DNA of 33,349 nucleotides, taken from positions 62,001 to 95,349 of the forward strand of contig JALDZS010000085.1 of NCBI GenBank assembly GCA_022813965.1, written 5' to 3'. A program made the position numbers and the translations under genes. The notes under the pieces were generated by a model. The model had not been told where the DNA came from. It made no database searches and saw nothing but the letters and a program-made list of their open reading frames with translations. The stretch is from Toensbergia leucococca. Taxonomy: Eukaryota. This document shows, one piece after another, positions 29,633 through 33,349 of this stretch. Numbering within the stretch: the stretch's first letter is position 1; the number at the start of each line of letters is the position of its first letter.

Positions 29633-32557
29633 ATGGCGTACTTCAACACATCATCGTCATTTTCCGGCCAGAGTAATCAAGGCTTTCAGGTGGGCAGCAA
29701 CTCCGGGCACATCATTTACAACCAGCCTGGCAAGTCAAGCTCCCCATAAAAGTTACCAGAGCCAAAACTTATAGTGATCCATCCACGTCAGCATATCCAC
29801 AGCCACAACTCCTTCCATGTTCTACTGTACCTTTTCGACGTGACCCTGACTTTATCGATCGGGATGTCCTTGGCCAGATACTTCAAAAGTCCTCCGAGCC
29901 GGCGGCTCGAGTTGCACTTGTTGGTCTCGGGGGCGTTGGGTACATGATCAAACCGAGAGCGGTGTAAAATGCAAGCTAATTATTGACAAAGGAAATCCCA
30001 GCTTGCTATCGAGTACTCTTACCGACTCAGGGAGGAATCGCCAGATACCTGGGTGTTTTGGGTCCATGCAGGTAGTCCTTCCAGGTTCGAGGAAGGCTAT
30101 AGGAAGATTGCGGGAAAAGTCAAGGCTCCTGGCTGGGATGACCCAAAAGCAAACATCCTCCAGTCGGTGAGCAATTGGCTATGCGACGAGACCCATGGGC
30201 ATTGGACAATGATTCTCGATAATGCCGACGATCTCGAGGTCTTTTTCAACTCATCAGGAAAACAGCCTACTGGAGACCTTTGTTCAGTTCAAGCAGCAGA
30301 ATCTTTGTCCGACTTTCTTCCTAACTCACCAAACGGATCGATCCTTATCACATCTCGGAGCCAGGAGGTGGCTTTTAGGTTGACAGGAAACGATAGGGAC
30401 ATTGCAATAGTAAACCCGATGGGGAAAGCTCATGCACTAGCTCTTCTTCAGAAAAAACTCAAAGGAAACCCTAGCAAGGAGGATATGATAGAACTACTAC
30501 AGGCTCTGGACTATATGCCTCTAGCAATCACCCAAGCTGCTGCGTATATCAATCAAAGGGCGCCGCGGATCACAGTGGCCACGTATCTGGCCTATCTTGG
30601 TAGCGGCGATAGAGCCAGGGCTAGTCTGTTGGAGATAGATGTAGGAGACACTCAGAGAGATAACAGCGCATCTAACTCTGTCATCGCTACATGGCATATA
30701 TCGTTTGAGCACATCCGTCGGCAAAAGTCTTCAGCTGCTCGACTGCTGTCATTGATGAGTTTCTTTGACCGACAAGGAATCCCGGAAGATCTACTTCACG
30801 ATTGTGAGGACAGGGGGATCGGTGTTGCTATTGACTTAGATTTTGAAGAGGACGTTTTCACTTTGAGAAGCTATTCGTTAATCGGCGTCAACTTGGAGGA
30901 TGGGATGTTTGAGATGCATCGACTCGTGCAATTCTCCATGAGGAAATGGCTTGAATTGCACGAAGAACTGGAAACGTGGAAGGAGAAGTATATAATGATA
31001 ATAGATGAGGCTTTTCCGACTGGTGCTTATGAAAATTGGACAAAGTGCCAAGGTCTATTTCCTCATGCTGAAATCGTACTAGCTTATCGACCAGCAAACG
31101 GAGAGTATATAGTGCAGTGGACTAATATACTCGACAAAGCTGCGTGGTATGCAATCCTAAGTGGAATGTATACTACGGCAGAGAATATGACTCGGGAGGC
31201 TCTAGACGGAAGGGGGAAAATACTGGGGAAGGAGCACCCCACAACAATGAGCAGTGTTCACAGCTTAGCATCAGTGCTACACTATCAGGGCAAATATGAA
31301 GAAGCAGAGAATATGCACAGACAAGCGTTGAATGAGATAGAGAAGGTGCTAGGAAAGAAGCATCCTGACACATTGATGAGTGTTCACAACTTAGCAACAG
31401 TGCTACAAGATCAGGGCAAACATGAAGAAGCAGAGAAGATGTACAGACAAGCGTTGAATGAGAGTGAGAAGGTGCTGGGAAAGAAGCACCCTGACACATT
31501 GATGAGCGTCAGCAACTTAGCCTTAGTGCTACAACATCAGGGCAAATATGAAGAAGCAGAGAAGATGAACAGACAAGCGTTGAATGATAGAGAGAAGGTG
31601 CTGGGAAAGAAGCACCCTGACACATTGATGAGCGTCAGCAACTTAGCCTCAGTGCTACAAGATCAGGGCAAACATGAAGAAGCAGAGAAGATGTACAGAC
31701 AAGCGTTGAATGAGATAGAGAAGGTGCTGGGAAAGAAGCACCCTGACACATTGATGAGCGTCAGCAACTTAGCATTAGTCCTACATTGTCAAGGCAAATA
31801 TGAAGAAGCAGAGAAGATGTACAGACAAGCGTTGAATGATAGAGAGAAGGTGCTGGGAAAGAAGCACCCTGACACATTGATGAGCGTCAGCAACTTAGCC
31901 TTAGTGCTACAAGATCAGGGCAAATATGAAGAAGCAGAGAAGATGAACAGACAAGCGTTGACTGAGAGTGAGAAGGTGCTGGGAAAGAAGCACCCTGACA
32001 CATTGATGAGCGTCAGCAACTTAGCCTCAGTGCTACATTGTCAAGGCAAATATGAAGAAGCAGAGAAGATGTACAGACAAGCGTTGAATGAGAGTGAGAA
32101 GGTGCTGGGAAAGAAGCACCCTGACACATTGATGAGCGTCAGCAACTTAGCCTCAGTGCTGCAACATCAGGGCAAACATGAAGAAGCAGAGGAGATGTAC
32201 AGACAAGCGTTGAATGAGATAGAGAAGGTGCTAGGAAAGAAGCATCCTGACACATTGATGAGCGTCAGCAACTTAGCCTTAGTGCTGCAACATCAGGGCA
32301 AATATGAAGAAGCAGAGGAGATGTACAGACAAGTGCTAAACGGGATGGAGAAGGCGCTGGGGAAGGAGCATCCTGACACACTGTCGACCGTCTATTTATT
32401 GGCTTATTTGCTGCACCGACAAAAGGATTATCAGAATGCTCTACCGTATTACCAAAGAGCGTGCGCTGGCCGCGAGAAGGTACTTGGATCGAATCATCCC
32501 AAAACTATAGCATGCTTCAAGAATTATTCCTCTATGCTGGACGAAATGAATGGCTAA
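29633..32557 (+). CDS. Fungal NLR: N-terminal PP amyloid motif, NB-ARC, TPR repeats (PNT1-like). Exons 29633-29729, 29792-29939, 29992-32557
   Basis: Exon 1 MAYFNTSSSFSGQSNQGFQVGSNSGHIIYNQP; GC-AG intron 29730-29791; VPFRRDPDFIDR; Walker A GLGGVG|KS split by intron 29940-29991; Walker B WTMILDNAD; ILITSR; MPLAITQAAAYI; FEMHRLVQ; 42-aa TPRs. Confidence 0.92.
31226..32485 (+). repeat. Tandem 126-nt (42-aa) TPR array: nine highly similar units plus one diverged capping unit
   Basis: Unit GKKHPDTLMSVSNLAxVLxxQGKxEEAEKMxRQALNxxEKVL with near-identical nucleotide sequence between internal units. Confidence 0.97.
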
Positions 32558-33349
32558 TTGTCAAACTCTCTAGAGTTTATGTCACAGACAAGGCCGAATG
32601 ATGTGACGTTTACGCTTTTGGAAAAGGGAGCACTGCATTCAAAGAGTGCATCATATTGGCCAACCATTATCTGTCTTGCGAGAGATTTTAGGAGCACTTG
32701 TGTCTTTGTGATTCCGTTTACTTGAGGTTTAAGACTTCGGAATCAATCCTTCCAGTTATATTCTGGCGCTGGTATTGATGCCTTTGAAGTGGTATTCGAG
32801 GTGCATAGCTCCCGTTTTCCACTAGTTCTTCATTAAGCAGTTCCGGGAAAGTGCGACAGGAGTGGTATCACTCATGACCGAAAGCCATGAAAAAGTACGT
32901 GTGACGATAGGCACTCGACTCAACTGATGTATACGGACGCAACTAGGAAGTTGGGCACCAGAGGTAATTAGGGGGTGTTTATAAGGTCTCTAGAAGCTAC
33001 AACGCAGGGGCAGACTACTTACAGAAGCTATACAACTTAATGATGGGGCGGGATACCCGCATGATGTGTCACAGCCTGTACCAAAAGCATGATTCCAACG
33101 AACAAATATCTTTCAAAGTAATGCATTCATGTTGTCATGATATGCAACTTCGTTTCAGTATCGCCGATACAAAGACTCGATATGCCACATACTCAAGATC
33201 AGGAGATCTCGCATCTAGGCAAGCAACCCAAGCTGAAGGCATCTACGAGGTCAATTTTTAAAGTATTGCAAATGGCCAACGTAGGAACTGCGGCTTGGCA
33301 TAGAACAGGCCATTTATCGTGATTTTCATCTATTCTACGAGTACGAACA

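Noticed and set aside
30053..30055. NLR start at GTG 30053
   Set aside because: It would omit Walker A and the PP motif; two upstream exons restore both in frame
31226..32485. CRISPR-like or non-coding satellite interpretation of the 126-nt repeats
   Set aside because: Eukaryotic context, no spacers, in-frame TPR coding
32558..33349. Short ORFs at the right end
   Set aside because: No motifs, splice support or repeat structure recognised

Overview
Filamentous-ascomycete (Pezizomycotina-type) genomic DNA with short spliceosomal introns. In order: 5' part of a Lag1/Lac1-type ceramide synthase; a probable decayed SUR2-like hydroxylase pseudogene; an F-box protein; a divergent MDR (CipB-like) oxidoreductase / Zn2Cys6 transcription-factor pair; a ~0.7-1 kb fold-back (MITE-like) element; a siderophore locus; and a fungal NLR amyloid-signalling module. 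The siderophore locus has a SidC/ferrichrome-type NRPS with only two A domains (C*-A-T-C-A-T-C-T-C-T-C), an interposed DHCR24-like FAD enzyme, a Tc1-like remnant carrying a 136-bp hairpin, two SreA boxes, and sidA with Gly at the NADPH-selecting Arg279 position. The NLR module is a HeLo/HELL effector with a C-terminal PP motif, divergent from a PP-NB-ARC-TPR receptor. The receptor's PP motif lies on a small first exon behind a GC-AG intron and is missed by the ORF track. All calls were made by eye; no searches were run.
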